From: an uncultured Planctomycetaceae bacterium
GTDB lineage: Bacteria; Planctomycetota; Planctomycetia; Planctomycetales; Planctomycetaceae
Reading direction: 5' to 3'
DNA: 64,000 bases
NCBI GenBank assembly: GCA_963815195.1
Contig: CAWFGE010000012.1
Location: 896,001 to 960,000, forward strand
Positions 1 to 10,402 of the stretch are shown piece by piece (positions within the stretch are counted from its first letter, which is position 1; every line of letters begins with the position of its first letter). The position numbers were made by a program, and so were the translations under genes. Below the pieces are notes generated by a model. It had not been told where the DNA came from and made no database searches. It saw only the letters and a list, made by a program, of their open reading frames with translations.

Positions 1-3000
1 GTTCTGATTTGGCTCGCGGGCCCCTTGTTGGGGGTTCGGGTTCCCGTCTTCAGGCTGCTGAGGTTGATCGGGCGGCGGCGAACCGGAGGAAGCCGACGGC
101 GGCTGGGATTGGCGGTCTTTCATCCTGTCGATCAGCTTCTGCAAATTGGCGACGACCTGTTCCTGAATCTCGCGCGTCTCCTCGCCGGTGTCCTTGCCGC
201 TGATCCGCTCCTGGGCCGAGCGCATGCCCTGAATCGCTTCTTCCAGCGGATTCTTCGTGGGATCGCCCGCAGCGGCTTGCGGATCTTGGCCCACCAGTTC
301 CTCAAAGAGCTTTTTGTCGAGTTTGGGTTTCACCGCCGGCTGTTTGTCCGTCTTCGTTTTGTCGGCATCGTTTGCCGGCGGTTTTTTGGCTTCGGACGGG
401 GGCAGTTCGTCCGCGTTCGTTTTCTTCAGTTCGATTTGGGCGGGATAGGCGAAGGCTGCGGGATCGTTAAGGATCGCGAAGAATAGAACTTCAGCATTTG
501 GGATCAACAGGCGAGCGGGGGGCGTAAGCCCCCTGGTTTTGTTAAATGGTTCAAAAACTGAAGTTGTTTTCTTGGCGGTCCTAAGGTTCAACTCCGACCG
601 CAAGCGGTCGGCTTGGGGGGGCTTCTCGTCGGACGTATTCTTGGGTTTCGATTTCGGAATCAAGTTGTCGAGATCCAAATCTTTGTTGAGCTGGTCTTCC
701 AGGGAAGGACCTTTGCCGGGGGCCTTTTTCGGTTCGGGTTTGGGTTCGGGTTTCGGCTGCGGTTGATCGTCCGGTTTTCCGGGCTCGGATTTGAATGCTT
801 GGGCGAATTGAGCGGTGAGGTTTCGCATGAGGTCTGCGAGTTGCCCCTGCTCGCCGGCCAAGAGATCGAGTTCCAGCTTTTGATCGTCCGTGAGCGCGCC
901 GGTTTCTTTCTGCACACGGTCCAGCGTTTCGGTCCGGCGGATCAGATCTTCCTGGAGCGTTTTGAGCATTTTGAGCTGCGCGATGTGCGGGATGGCTTCG
1001 CCTTGCGGACCGGCGTTCGCGGCCGCTCCTCCGCCGCCGCCGTCCTGTGCCGGGTCTTCGGTTTTCTTGGGCTTGTCGGGTTCCAAAGCCGCGATCAGAT
1101 CGGTGAAGCGGTTCTTGGCGGCGGATTCGCGGGCGACGGTTTCGCCGTCGGTCTGGCGGTCTTCCAGGCGTTTCGCGGCGAACTCCATTTCGCGGGCCGC
1201 TCCCTTGAGGGCGAGGGCAAACACCTCGGCCGCCTTGACGACTTCGACCAGCCCGTCGGTTTCCGTTTTCAGCCCCCGCTGCACCTCGGCGAGGTCGCGG
1301 AGGGTTTTGAGCTGGGCCCGGCTCCAATTGCTTTCCTGCCGGCGGAGGGCTTCCAGGCGGTTCGTTTCCTCGATCACCGTTTGCTCGCGGGCGATCATGC
1401 TCTTGAGTTCATCGCCGATCCGCTCGAGCATCTCCCGGGCGAGTTGCTCCTCGGCCCGGCGTTCTTCCTCGGCCAATTCGCGCTCGGCTTGCTCCAGGTC
1501 GTCGAGGACTTCCCGCTGTTCCTGCTCCGCCTGGTTCCGCTGGTCTTCCTGGAGAAGCTGCTCGGCTTGTTCCATCCGCGAGGAAGCCCGGCGGAGCGAA
1601 CTTCCCGACCCGCGGGCCTGCAGGCGGCGGAGCCGGCGGGCCATGCTGGAAATCTCCCGCCGAATTTGCTGCTGTTCCTGCCGGAGCCGTTCGAGTTCCC
1701 GCTCGCGCTCGTTGGGGTCGGCGATCTTCTCGGCTTCCTCCACTTTGCGGAGCAGTTCTTCCTGCCGTTTGCGCAACGGCTCGAGTTCCTCGCGAGATTG
1801 CTTCAGCTTTTTGACGAGCGTTTCCGTGTCGCTGACGCTCTTATTTTTCAGAATGTCCGAGAGTTCGCTCAGGTCCTCGAGGGCCTGCTGTTGCTGCTGG
1901 GTCGCTTCGCCGATCTGATTGCGGCCGAGTTGGTTCGCGGTTTCCCGCAGATTCCCGGCGACCGCTTGCTGGCGGAGATGATCGTCCGCGTCCGTCAAAA
2001 GCTCGGCCGCCTGCGGGCTGGTTTTTTCCAGTTCTTTGGCGATGTCCTCGAAGCTCTTGCTGAGACCTGAGATCCGCTGGGCTTGTTTTCGCTGGCGATC
2101 GGCGAGGCGGGCGAGGTCGGCCTGCTCCTGCGGGCTGAGTTGCCGCTCGCTCTTGCCGAAGGTCCGCTTTCCGACGTCGGCCGTCTCGCGGTTGAGGTCT
2201 TCCTGCTGGCCGATCAACTCGCGGACTTCGCCCGTCAGGTCGCGGTGATGCCTCCATTCCGAAAGCTGGGCCAGCATGTCGCCTAAGGAATCGAGCACGG
2301 CCTGCTGATTGTCTTCGGCCTTTCCGAGGGCCGTCTCTTCATCGCGGGACTTCGGTGCATCGGTCTTGGCGGACTTCGGCTTGTCTTCCGGGTTCTCTTC
2401 GGGGGTCAGCCCCTGTTTGGTTTGGGCCAACTTGCGGGCGTTGGTGAGTTCCTGCTCGATCGTCGGCAGGTGGTCTTCCTGCATAATCCCGATCTCGGTC
2501 GCGATCCCTTTGAGCCGCTGCTCCATGTCGGGATCGTTGATTCTGTTCCGCGCGAGTTCTTTGAGCAAACTCTCCGCGCGGGCGGCGACACCTTCGACGG
2601 GATGCGACAGCCGGGAGTTGATCTGCCGCTGCTCGATCTCAAGCCGCTTGAGCAAGTCGATGTCCTCAAACCGCAATTCGCCGGCTTTTTGCAGTTGAAT
2701 TTTGAGTTCTTGGACCTGGTCGTGAGTTTGGATTTGCTGCTTGTGGGCGGCGTCCAGCTCATCGACGAGCCGGCCTTGCTGCGAAGCGAGTTCGGAGGTT
2801 TTTTCTTCGGGCGAGACGATCGTCAGCTTGCGGGTGATGCTCCGGCCGACGTGCGCGCCTTCCAGGTTGTAATCGTCCAAAGCCTCGGCGTGAAAGGTGA
2901 TCTCTCTGCCGGGCTGAAGTTTCAGCCCGCCCAGTTCCCACTTATATTCCACGGCGTGCTGTTGCGGGCGATCCTTGCCGTCGAATAGCGGAATCGCGGT

Positions 3001-4385
3001 GAAGGGCGTTTTGTCGTCGCTGCCGATTTTGTACTGCAAGCGGATTTCCCGCAGGCCCATGTCGTCTTTGGCTCCGACTTTGATCGGAACCATTGCGGTG
3101 GGGGTGACGTCCTCATCGCGGGGCGGCTCGTCGATCCACACGTCGGGCACCAAATCGGCGATGCCCCGGATTTCATACCGCGGGGCGTTCGCGTTTTCGA
3201 AGCCTTCGAGATCCCGCAGATCGAACCACCACGAATATACGCCCGCCTCGGAAATCACAAAATCGATTTCCAGCTTCCGGCCGTTGTTGGAGAGCGGCAC
3301 CTTCACCGGTGGCTGATCTTTGACCCGGAGATTCGCGAACTCGAGCGGCTTGTTGACCACGGCTTTCAGATGCACCTGCGTGCCGACGAGACCGCGAATA
3401 TGCCCCACGCCCGCGGGCAAGGTTTCGATGGGCCGGCCGGAGTACGCGGGCGGAGCCAACGTGAGCTCCAGCGATTCGACCAAAGGGGGCGGCACGACGT
3501 CCAACCGGTGCCAAGGCATTTCGTGATCGTCCCCGCCGACCCGCGGAAGAACATCGGCCCCTTCATCGCCACGAGACTCGCCACGCAGACTTCGGCCGCA
3601 TCGCCGGCGGCATCCCGGAGCGTCGTGCGGCGGAGCGTCTCGGCGATGACTTCGCCTTTGCCGAACTTGTATTCCATCCGCACATCGTCCGGCAATTGGC
3701 CCTTGAGGTCCTTCACATAGATTTCCAAAGTTTCCCCGCGGGCCAGGCGCATCGGCTCGGCGGGGTCGTGCTTCAAAGGTTTTAAATCCTCATCGACCAG
3801 TTGAAGCTCTGTGGTCTTGGGCCAGGGCCGATTGGCAAAGGGGAACACCAGCCGATGGAGCGCCGTCGCCGCGGAGGCTTGATCCAACCCGGCCACGAGG
3901 GCCGTCAACAGGCAAATCGCCACCGCGGCCGTCGCGACTTTCCGCACCCGGCGGGTTTCCACGATGTCGGAGAGATTCACCCGCTCGATCTGGCTCACGG
4001 TGCGTTCGACGACCTGCTGTTGCATCGCGGGCGAACCCAGCCGCGGATCGCTGCCGGCCGAGAGAAACTGCACGGTGCTGGCGAGGCTGTCGTTGAAGCC
4101 CGGGTAGCGTTTTTCGATCCGCAGGGCGATTTCCACATCGCTGATTTTCCGCCGTAAGGGTCGGAGCAAAAGCCGCCAGCCGATCCAACCCGCGGCCGAG
4201 AGGATCCCCAAGCCCAGGATCAACCGCACCCCGGCGTCTTCCAGCCGGAGCGACCAATCGAGCACGCCTTCCAGCAGCGTGGCCCCGAACACCACGGCCA
4301 CGAGCCAACTCAGCCCATACAGCCAAGTCATCTGCCGCAGTCGTCGCCGCAAATACGTCAACCGAGTTTCTAAAGATTCCGGCAT
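1..4385 (-). CDS. Large membrane-anchored coiled-coil protein (DUF4175-like), 3'-partial, one frameshift near 3541
   Basis: N-terminal part is ORF 3366..4409 (MPESLETRL..., TM helices, 'LRIEKRYPGFNDSLASTVQF'). At ~3541 the sense continues in another frame (VGGDDHEMPWHRLDVVPPPL...). I translated parts of that frame (TLQEDLIRRTETLDRVQKET; LEEAIQGMRSAQERI) and it appears open to the window edge, which explains its absence from the ORF track. The last ~500 nt may be a separate gene. Confidence 0.75.
509..536 (+). repeat. REP-like hairpin (GCGAGC-headed family)
   Basis: aggcgagcggggggcgtaagccccctgg; same head and loop as 4409-4436, 5095-5122 and 62395-62523. Confidence 0.7.
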
Positions 4386-4398
4386 GGTTTTCGATTCC

Positions 4399-4436
4399 CG
4401 ATCACACAAGGCGAGCGGCCGGCGTAAGCCGGCTGA
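4399..4436 (+). repeat. REP-like hairpin (GCGAGC family)
   Basis: cgatcacacaaggcgagcggccggcgtaagccggctga; near-identical copy at 5085-5122. Confidence 0.75.
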
Positions 4437-4539
4437 TCACTCACGATTGCTTGAGTTGATTTCAGTCGTTCCAAATTACCGAAAAAGGGCCGAAGGTCCG
4501 GCTCTATGTCAGCCCAGGGCGCAGCCCTGGGAACGCAAA

Positions 4540-5102
4540 CGGCGGGGTGGCTGGGGCGCAATGGATTGGATCAATCAAAAAACTCGTTTCGAAAGCTGGG
4601 GCCACGGAAGATCTTTCTCTCACATCCATGGCCCCAGTATTCGCTTGCCTAATTTTATTCGTAGACGAATCTGCGCCCCAGCCACCCAACCGCAATATGT
4701 CAACCGAGCTCGATCACACAAGGCGAGCGGCGGGGTGGCTGGGGCGCAATGGATTGGATCAATCAAAAAACTCGTTTCGAAAGCTGGGGCCACGGAAGAT
4801 CTTTCTCTCACATCCATGGCCCCAGTATTCGCTTGCCTAATTTTATTCGTAGACGAATCTGCGCCCAGCCACCCAACCGCAATATGTCAACCGAGCTCGA
4901 TCACACAAGGCGAGCGGCGGGGTGGCTGGGGCGCAATGGATTGGATCAATCAAAAAACTCGTTTCGAAAGCTGGGGCCACGGAAGATCTTTCTCTCACAT
5001 CCATGGCCCCAGTATTCGCTTGCCTAATTTTATTCGTAGACGAATCTGCGCCCAGCCACCCAACCGCAATATGTCAACCGAGCTCGATCACACAAGGCGA
5101 GC
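4540..5102 (+). repeat. Tandem array of three 187/188-bp REPIN-like units
   Basis: Units start at 4541, 4729 and 4916 and are essentially identical. Each has the inverted repeat GGGTGGCTGGGGCGCA...TGCGCCC(C)AGCCACCC and an inner inverted repeat ctggggccacgga/tccatggccccag. Confidence 0.95.
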
Positions 5103-5201
5103 GGCCGGCGTCAGCTGGCTGACTACTCTCGATGGTTTCAGTTGATTTGCCTTTTTCACGATCGCTCGCATTCGTGGGAATTCTTGAAACATTCTGCGTC
5201 A

Positions 5202-7643
5202 TCATACCAGCCGCAGGCGTTTTCTCCATAACCATTCTGCCGAGAGGAGGGCTGCGAACAGCAGCAGAAATTCCGGGCGGTTCCAGAGCGAAATCGGGTC
5301 TTGGGTTTCCAAAGGCACGGGCTGGCCGGGCGGGATTTTGTCCGGCAGATCCTCGGCTTCGCTCAAGGGAACATATTTGCCCCGCGTGGTCTCGGCGGTT
5401 TGCGTGAGTTCCGCCCGGTCCAGGCTGCGCTTGGCCAACTCCCGGCTTTGCGATTCCACGACGAAATCCTCCGCTGGCGGGGCCTCTTTGAAGGCGGGTT
5501 TTACGACCCACGCATGATACGTGCCCTCGGCGGCTCTTCGCATCTGGCCTTCAAACACCGCGGACGCCTGCGGCAGCCGATTGAGTTTCACCGCCTGCTG
5601 CGTGTCGCCCCGGCGTTCGACCATCACGGTCACGCCGTCTTTTTCGAGCGGGACCAGCCGCTCATCCACAAACCGCAATCGCAGCGTGACGGTGTCGCCC
5701 CGCTGGTAGAGTTCCCGGTCGGCCGAGAGCTTCGCCCCGCGGTCTTTCCCTAACATGCGGGACCGCGTGAGATAGCGGATGGTTTGAATCCAATACCGGG
5801 CGTAATAAATATCGCCCCGCCGGAACCGCCACCGCCAGAGTTCGTCGGTCGCGTGAAACATGACTTTCCCCGCGCCGTAGCGGTGCATCGAGATCACGGG
5901 CAGCTTGCCGTCGGGTCCGCTCTTCACGGGATGCTCGACAAAACTCACCGCGCCGGACTTCAACTGCGGGGCCTCGAACAGCCAATACAAATCCGGCAGG
6001 TCTTTCCAGATCTTGAGGCTCTCGTTTTCGGAGTCGGCGAAGCGGAAGATCGCGCTGCTCTTGCGGCCTTCCACGGTGAGTTCCGGATGAAAACCTTCCA
6101 CGATCGTCAGGTCGGAGGGCGGCGCCTTGGCTCCACTGAGCTCCACCGGCAGCATCGTTTCCAAGGGCGTTTCCCGGTACGCCAGCGGATTGAACCGCGT
6201 GCCCGCGACCATGATCAACCCGCCGCCCGCTTCGCGGACGAACTTGGACAAGTTCTCGAACACGACGGGGCTGAGATACGCCGGGTTCAAATCGCCGAGG
6301 ATGATCACATCGTACTTTTGAATGTCTTCCCATTGGACGGGGAAATGTTCGAGCGCGGTCTCGTCTTCCTGGGCGTATTCCAGGTCGGCATCTTGAAGCA
6401 CGACATCCAGCTTGAGCGTGCTGTTGCCTTCGCGGAGCGCTTCCCGCTCCAAAAGATGCTTGAGGTAGCGAAACTCGTAGCGGGGCATCGAATCGGCGAG
6501 GAGCACGCGGATCGGATCCTGGCTCACGCTGACCAACTGCGGCTGCGTGACGTTGTTCTGCGTATTCGTCTCGTCCGGCTTGAGCGGGACTTCCAGCACG
6601 TATTCAAACTCGCCTTTGTTTGGCGGGGCGTGCGTGAGCTCGACTTTGATCGCCTCGCCGTCGGCCCCGGCTTTCACCGTTTGCTCCGCGAGAATTTTGC
6701 TCGAGCCTTTCTGCTTGAGCCTCACCGTGATGTCCTGGTTCTCGAACCCGTAGGCTTTGAGCTTCGCCGAGAACGCGACCGGATCGTTGACGAACGCGAA
6801 GTCCTCGGCGAGCAATCCGTAAATTTGGAGATCGCGAGCAGGCTCTTCGCTGCCCAAGGCGACCGTGTAAATCGGCACGAGGCGATTGCGGGCGGCATCG
6901 GCGATGGTGGTCAGCTTTTCGTTGTCGGTCGTCGTGGTGATGCCATCGCTGAGCAGAATGATCGCCGACGGCGGCGTGCCCCGCAAATCGTCGAGCACCT
7001 TCTGCACAGCCGGTCCGGGGCGGGTCAACTGGCCCTCGGCTTTCAGCCCGGAGAGCACCGGCAGCAGCTTGTCGATGTCCTCGCGCTTGAGATATTCCTC
7101 CTCGTCACCCAGCGGAACGGTGTTGTCGGAGAAGCGGTAAATCCGCAGCTTGTGCCGATCCAAAAGCTGTTTGAGGAACTCGCCCTTGTCCTTGGTCAAC
7201 AGGCCCTTGGCGAGGTTGAGCCGCGTCGGGGCGGCCAGTTTTCCCGACTTTAACAGCCGCTCTGCGGCCGCGGCGAGATCTTTGTCGCGGTACTGGTCCT
7301 CGAAGTTCATGCTTTCCGAATCATCCCAGAGAACGACCACTACCGGCAGCCCGGTGCGGTCCACGGAGAGCTTGAGTTCGGACAGAAAAAACAGCACCAT
7401 CCCCACCACCAACAGGCGGAGCGAAATCAGGCCGACCCGCGTCTTCCAGGGCAGCGTCTGGGCATCGCGGGAATAGATGAAGACGACGTATCCGATGAGT
7501 GCCGCCGCCAACAAGAGCACCGTCCAACTCGGCATCCACGCGGGCCAGGGCGACCGCCACAGATACGTCCAAGCCGTGCCCTGCCCGGGGTCCGTGGGCG
7601 GCACGCCGAGATACCATTCCAAAAAGTGCTTGAGCGGTTGCAT
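5202..7643 (-). CDS. Membrane protein with vWA and class I glutamine-amidotransferase-like domains
   Basis: ORF 5202..7721, likely start MQPLKHF; MIDAS-like DDSESM and LLSDG; 'YDVIILGD', 'GGGLIMVAG', 'YGAGKV'; C-terminal 'LLSAEWLWRKR'. Confidence 0.85.
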   Translation of the reverse strand: MQPLKHFLEWYLGVPPTDPGQGTAWTYLWRSPWPAWMPSWTVLLLAAALIGYVVFIYSRDAQTLPWKTRVGLISLRLLVVGMVLFFLSELKLSVDRTGLPVVVVLWDDSESMNFEDQYRDKDLAAAAERLLKSGKLAAPTRLNLAKGLLTKDKGEFLKQLLDRHKLRIYRFSDNTVPLGDEEEYLKREDIDKLLPVLSGLKAEGQLTRPGPAVQKVLDDLRGTPPSAIILLSDGITTTTDNEKLTTIADAARNRLVPIYTVALGSEEPARDLQIYGLLAEDFAFVNDPVAFSAKLKAYGFENQDITVRLKQKGSSKILAEQTVKAGADGEAIKVELTHAPPNKGEFEYVLEVPLKPDETNTQNNVTQPQLVSVSQDPIRVLLADSMPRYEFRYLKHLLEREALREGNSTLKLDVVLQDADLEYAQEDETALEHFPVQWEDIQKYDVIILGDLNPAYLSPVVFENLSKFVREAGGGLIMVAGTRFNPLAYRETPLETMLPVELSGAKAPPSDLTIVEGFHPELTVEGRKSSAIFRFADSENESLKIWKDLPDLYWLFEAPQLKSGAVSFVEHPVKSGPDGKLPVISMHRYGAGKVMFHATDELWRWRFRRGDIYYARYWIQTIRYLTRSRMLGKDRGAKLSADRELYQRGDTVTLRLRFVDERLVPLEKDGVTVMVERRGDTQQAVKLNRLPQASAVFEGQMRRAAEGTYHAWVVKPAFKEAPPAEDFVVESQSRELAKRSLDRAELTQTAETTRGKYVPLSEAEDLPDKIPPGQPVPLETQDPISLWNRPEFLLLFAALLSAEWLWRKRLRLV

Positions 7644-7873
7644 GAACGGCCAAGAATCTGATTCACAAAGAATGCGAAGTTGCGGATTGCGTCTTTCGTA
7701 GCGGTGGCTTCCAGCCGCCACGTGGATTGCAACACCGCCATGTCAGGCATTATAGGGGATAGGAACGCCGACATGTGAGGGAAATTGCGGGTTGGAATTG
7801 CACTGGAGGCCAAATCCGTTGAAAATGGAACCAGCGCTTTGCGGCCTCGATTCTTGGGAAGGACAGTGTTTTG

Positions 7874-8527
7874 ATGATTCATTCCCTCCGAAAGTTCCCC
7901 GTTCATATCGCGGGATTTCTGTGCATCGGGCTTGCCATTTTGAGGGGCGATCTCGTCACAGCGGAGGAACCGGCGGTTTCCCAGACCCCACGGAAGGACG
8001 AATCCGCTTCCAAAACCTCACCCAAAAACAAAACGGCCCCGATCGTGTCGGGTCGGGAGATTGGCGATTATGTGCCCACGTTTTACACCCGGGCGGTGAC
8101 GGGGCCTTTGATGAACCGCTCGGTGTGTTACGTCTGCCGAAACGGCGGGCGGCCGGTGGTGATGGTGTTTCTGCGAAAATTCGGAGCCGGCGTGAAGCCG
8201 CTGCTCAAGCAGGTGGACAGCTTGGTGGATCACCACCGCGCGGAGGGCCTTAGGAGCTTTGGCGTGTTTGTGACGGAAGACCCCAGCGAAGCGATTTCCG
8301 AGGTGCAGACGTTTTCGTTCGACAACAAGATCGCGCTGCCTTTGACAGTGGCGTCGGATGCCATCGCCGAGCCGCACTGCCAAAACCTCCACGCCCAGGC
8401 CGATGTGACCGTGGTGCTTTACAACAAACGCCGGGTCGTGAACCGCTTCGCGTTCCGCGAGGGCGAGATTCAATCGGACGAAATCGAGCACATCGCCCGG
8501 TCCATCGCCAAGCTGCTGGGCAATTAG
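7874..8527 (+). CDS. Exported thioredoxin-like fold protein
   Basis: Signal-peptide-like N terminus, VCYVC motif, 'RPVVMVF', 'TVVLY'. Confidence 0.65.
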   Translation: MIHSLRKFPVHIAGFLCIGLAILRGDLVTAEEPAVSQTPRKDESASKTSPKNKTAPIVSGREIGDYVPTFYTRAVTGPLMNRSVCYVCRNGGRPVVMVFLRKFGAGVKPLLKQVDSLVDHHRAEGLRSFGVFVTEDPSEAISEVQTFSFDNKIALPLTVASDAIAEPHCQNLHAQADVTVVLYNKRRVVNRFAFREGEIQSDEIEHIARSIAKLLGN

Positions 8528-9321
8528 CGATTTCGCGGCTTCAAGCGGCGGAAAAAAGCACGACGACTGGAAGCCGCCGCTACGGATGTGACCTTTAATC
8601 CCGCATCAAATACAGTCTGCGTCCGCGGCGTTTGATTTTCAGGCCCGCGGGAGAAGTCGTCCCTCATGTTCTCGAACGGGAAGAATCTCTGATTGAATCG
8701 ATCGAATTCATAGAGCCGCTGCCGGATTTTTTCCTGAACCTCTTCGGGAAATCCGTTGAGATTCGGTCCGAAAAACGGGGCCGGTTCGGAAAACGCGGGG
8801 GATCGCCGCTGCGGGACGTGCTGGTGCTGGTCCACGGGAAGTTCCTCGATGGAGAGCCCGTTAAACCGTCCTGAGGGCAAAATGCGATTGGAGCGCGGGT
8901 TGTCGAACGGCTTTTCCAATTCCGGCTGGTCTTCGTCCGCCGTCACCGAACCGGCCGGCGTGGATTGGGGCGGAGCCGACTGCGGGGGGCTCGCGACCAG
9001 CACCATCGCGAAACACACGGCCGCCACCGCGACCGCGGGGATCCAGCCGTTGAAGCGGTCGTACCGGGACGCTGGCAGCGACACCAGCTTCGTGGACAGG
9101 CTCGGCCAGAGACTGTCTTCCACTGCGGCTTGGGAGGCCTCGTCCGCTTCGTCCCGCAGCGGGCAGTTGTCCACCAGCTGCAAGAGGGCCTGCATTTGCG
9201 TCAAATACTTCCGGCACTCGGGGCACGCCTCCAGATGAACCTGGAGGTCCGCCAGTCCTGCTTCATCCAGGTCGTTTCCCGCCCAGAGTGCAATGTCTGA
9301 TTGCGCTCGCCTGCAATTCAT
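8524..9321 (-). CDS. Zinc-finger (zf-HC2) membrane anti-sigma factor
   Basis: MNC...HLEACPEC motif, one TM helix, directly downstream of an ECF sigma gene. Confidence 0.85.
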   Translation of the reverse strand: MNCRRAQSDIALWAGNDLDEAGLADLQVHLEACPECRKYLTQMQALLQLVDNCPLRDEADEASQAAVEDSLWPSLSTKLVSLPASRYDRFNGWIPAVAVAAVCFAMVLVASPPQSAPPQSTPAGSVTADEDQPELEKPFDNPRSNRILPSGRFNGLSIEELPVDQHQHVPQRRSPAFSEPAPFFGPNLNGFPEEVQEKIRQRLYEFDRFNQRFFPFENMRDDFSRGPENQTPRTQTVFDAGLKVTSVAAASSRRAFFRRLKPRNR

Positions 9322-9381
9322 GGCATTATTCGATTCTATCCCAAAGAATTTGTTCGCCCATCGGGCCAAGGGCCTCTTCGA

Positions 9382-10071
9382 TCAATCGTCCGATTCGGCC
9401 TCGTTGTCGGAGGAATCCGAATTTTCGGGCACGGGAATCGACGATTCCCCCAGCCGCGCGACCCAAAGGTTTTTGAACTGCTTCCGTGCCTCCGCGAGTC
9501 GCCACCGGATGGTGGCCTCCTTGCGATTCAAAATGGCGGCAATCTCGGATGTGCTGAAATTCTCCAAGTCTCTTAACACCAGCACCGAACGGTATTTTTC
9601 GGGCAACTGGTCCATCACGGCACGGACTTCCTGGCTCAAATCCAGATGGTTGCGGGGATCGGGTGCTGCGGGGTCGGGCGCGGTGTCTCGCGGGGCGTCA
9701 CTGAAGACCGACCACCTGAGCCGCCGCTTCCGCTTTCGCAGATAATCCAACGTGTAATTCACGCCGATGCGAAACAGCCACGGTCCGAACCGGCGGGACG
9801 AATCGAACTGATCCAGCCGCCGATAGGCCCGCAAAAACGTCTCCTGAGCCAAATCCCGCGCTTGCTCGACGTCGGGCACAAACCGCAGGATGACCCGGAT
9901 CAATCGCCGTTCGTAACGGGTGACCAATTCCCCAAACGCATCGCGGTCGCCTCGCCGGACGTCCTCCACGAGCCGGGCATCGGGCACGGAATGCCGATCC
10001 CGGGCGGGAGTTCGCTCCAGAAGTTGAACCGAACCAGGGGAATCCTGGTTTCGTGTGGATTGATCCACCAT
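9382..10071 (-). CDS. ECF RNA polymerase sigma-70 factor
   Basis: 'DLAQETFLRAY', 'FGPWLFRIGVN', region 4 'LPEKYRSVLVLRDLENFSTSEIA'; start could be 10095. Confidence 0.92.
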   Translation of the reverse strand: MVDQSTRNQDSPGSVQLLERTPARDRHSVPDARLVEDVRRGDRDAFGELVTRYERRLIRVILRFVPDVEQARDLAQETFLRAYRRLDQFDSSRRFGPWLFRIGVNYTLDYLRKRKRRLRWSVFSDAPRDTAPDPAAPDPRNHLDLSQEVRAVMDQLPEKYRSVLVLRDLENFSTSEIAAILNRKEATIRWRLAEARKQFKNLWVARLGESSIPVPENSDSSDNEAESDD

Positions 10072-10402
10072 GATGTCCTCAATCAATTTGAGCATGCTCA
10101 GTTTTACTACGAAAGCCGATCTCTGACTGTTGGAAGATTGTGGAGCGATTTCGGCAAAAACTCACATCGCTCCTATTTGATTTTACGCAGTTTCCGCGCC
10201 AAACAAGCGAAAATCCGTTAGCGAGCTAAGCGGTTTTCAAACAATCACAACAACATCAATGAAGAAAAGAACTTATGTCGCCCGTGAATGGAGAAACGAT
10301 CGACGCTTCCATCCCACGGCAAGACTTGTCTATGTCAAAATGGCAGGAATTAACGTTATGCCGTTTTGGCAGCCATTCTGCTTGGCATCATTCTCCCCTG
10401 AA

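Noticed and set aside
613..2070. Long antisense ORFs (also 5784..7253, 23214..24581, 52199..53584, 60922..62424)
   Set aside because: Shadow frames of real genes on the opposite strand, as expected at high GC.
4540..5102. CRISPR array
   Set aside because: Units are 187 bp and identical throughout, with no unique spacers and no cas genes.
4279..5145. 288-aa repetitive ORF and other ORFs across the tandem array and 172-bp elements (e.g. 'GCHWQLAASVFLRSH')
   Set aside because: They are translations of non-coding palindromic repeats.
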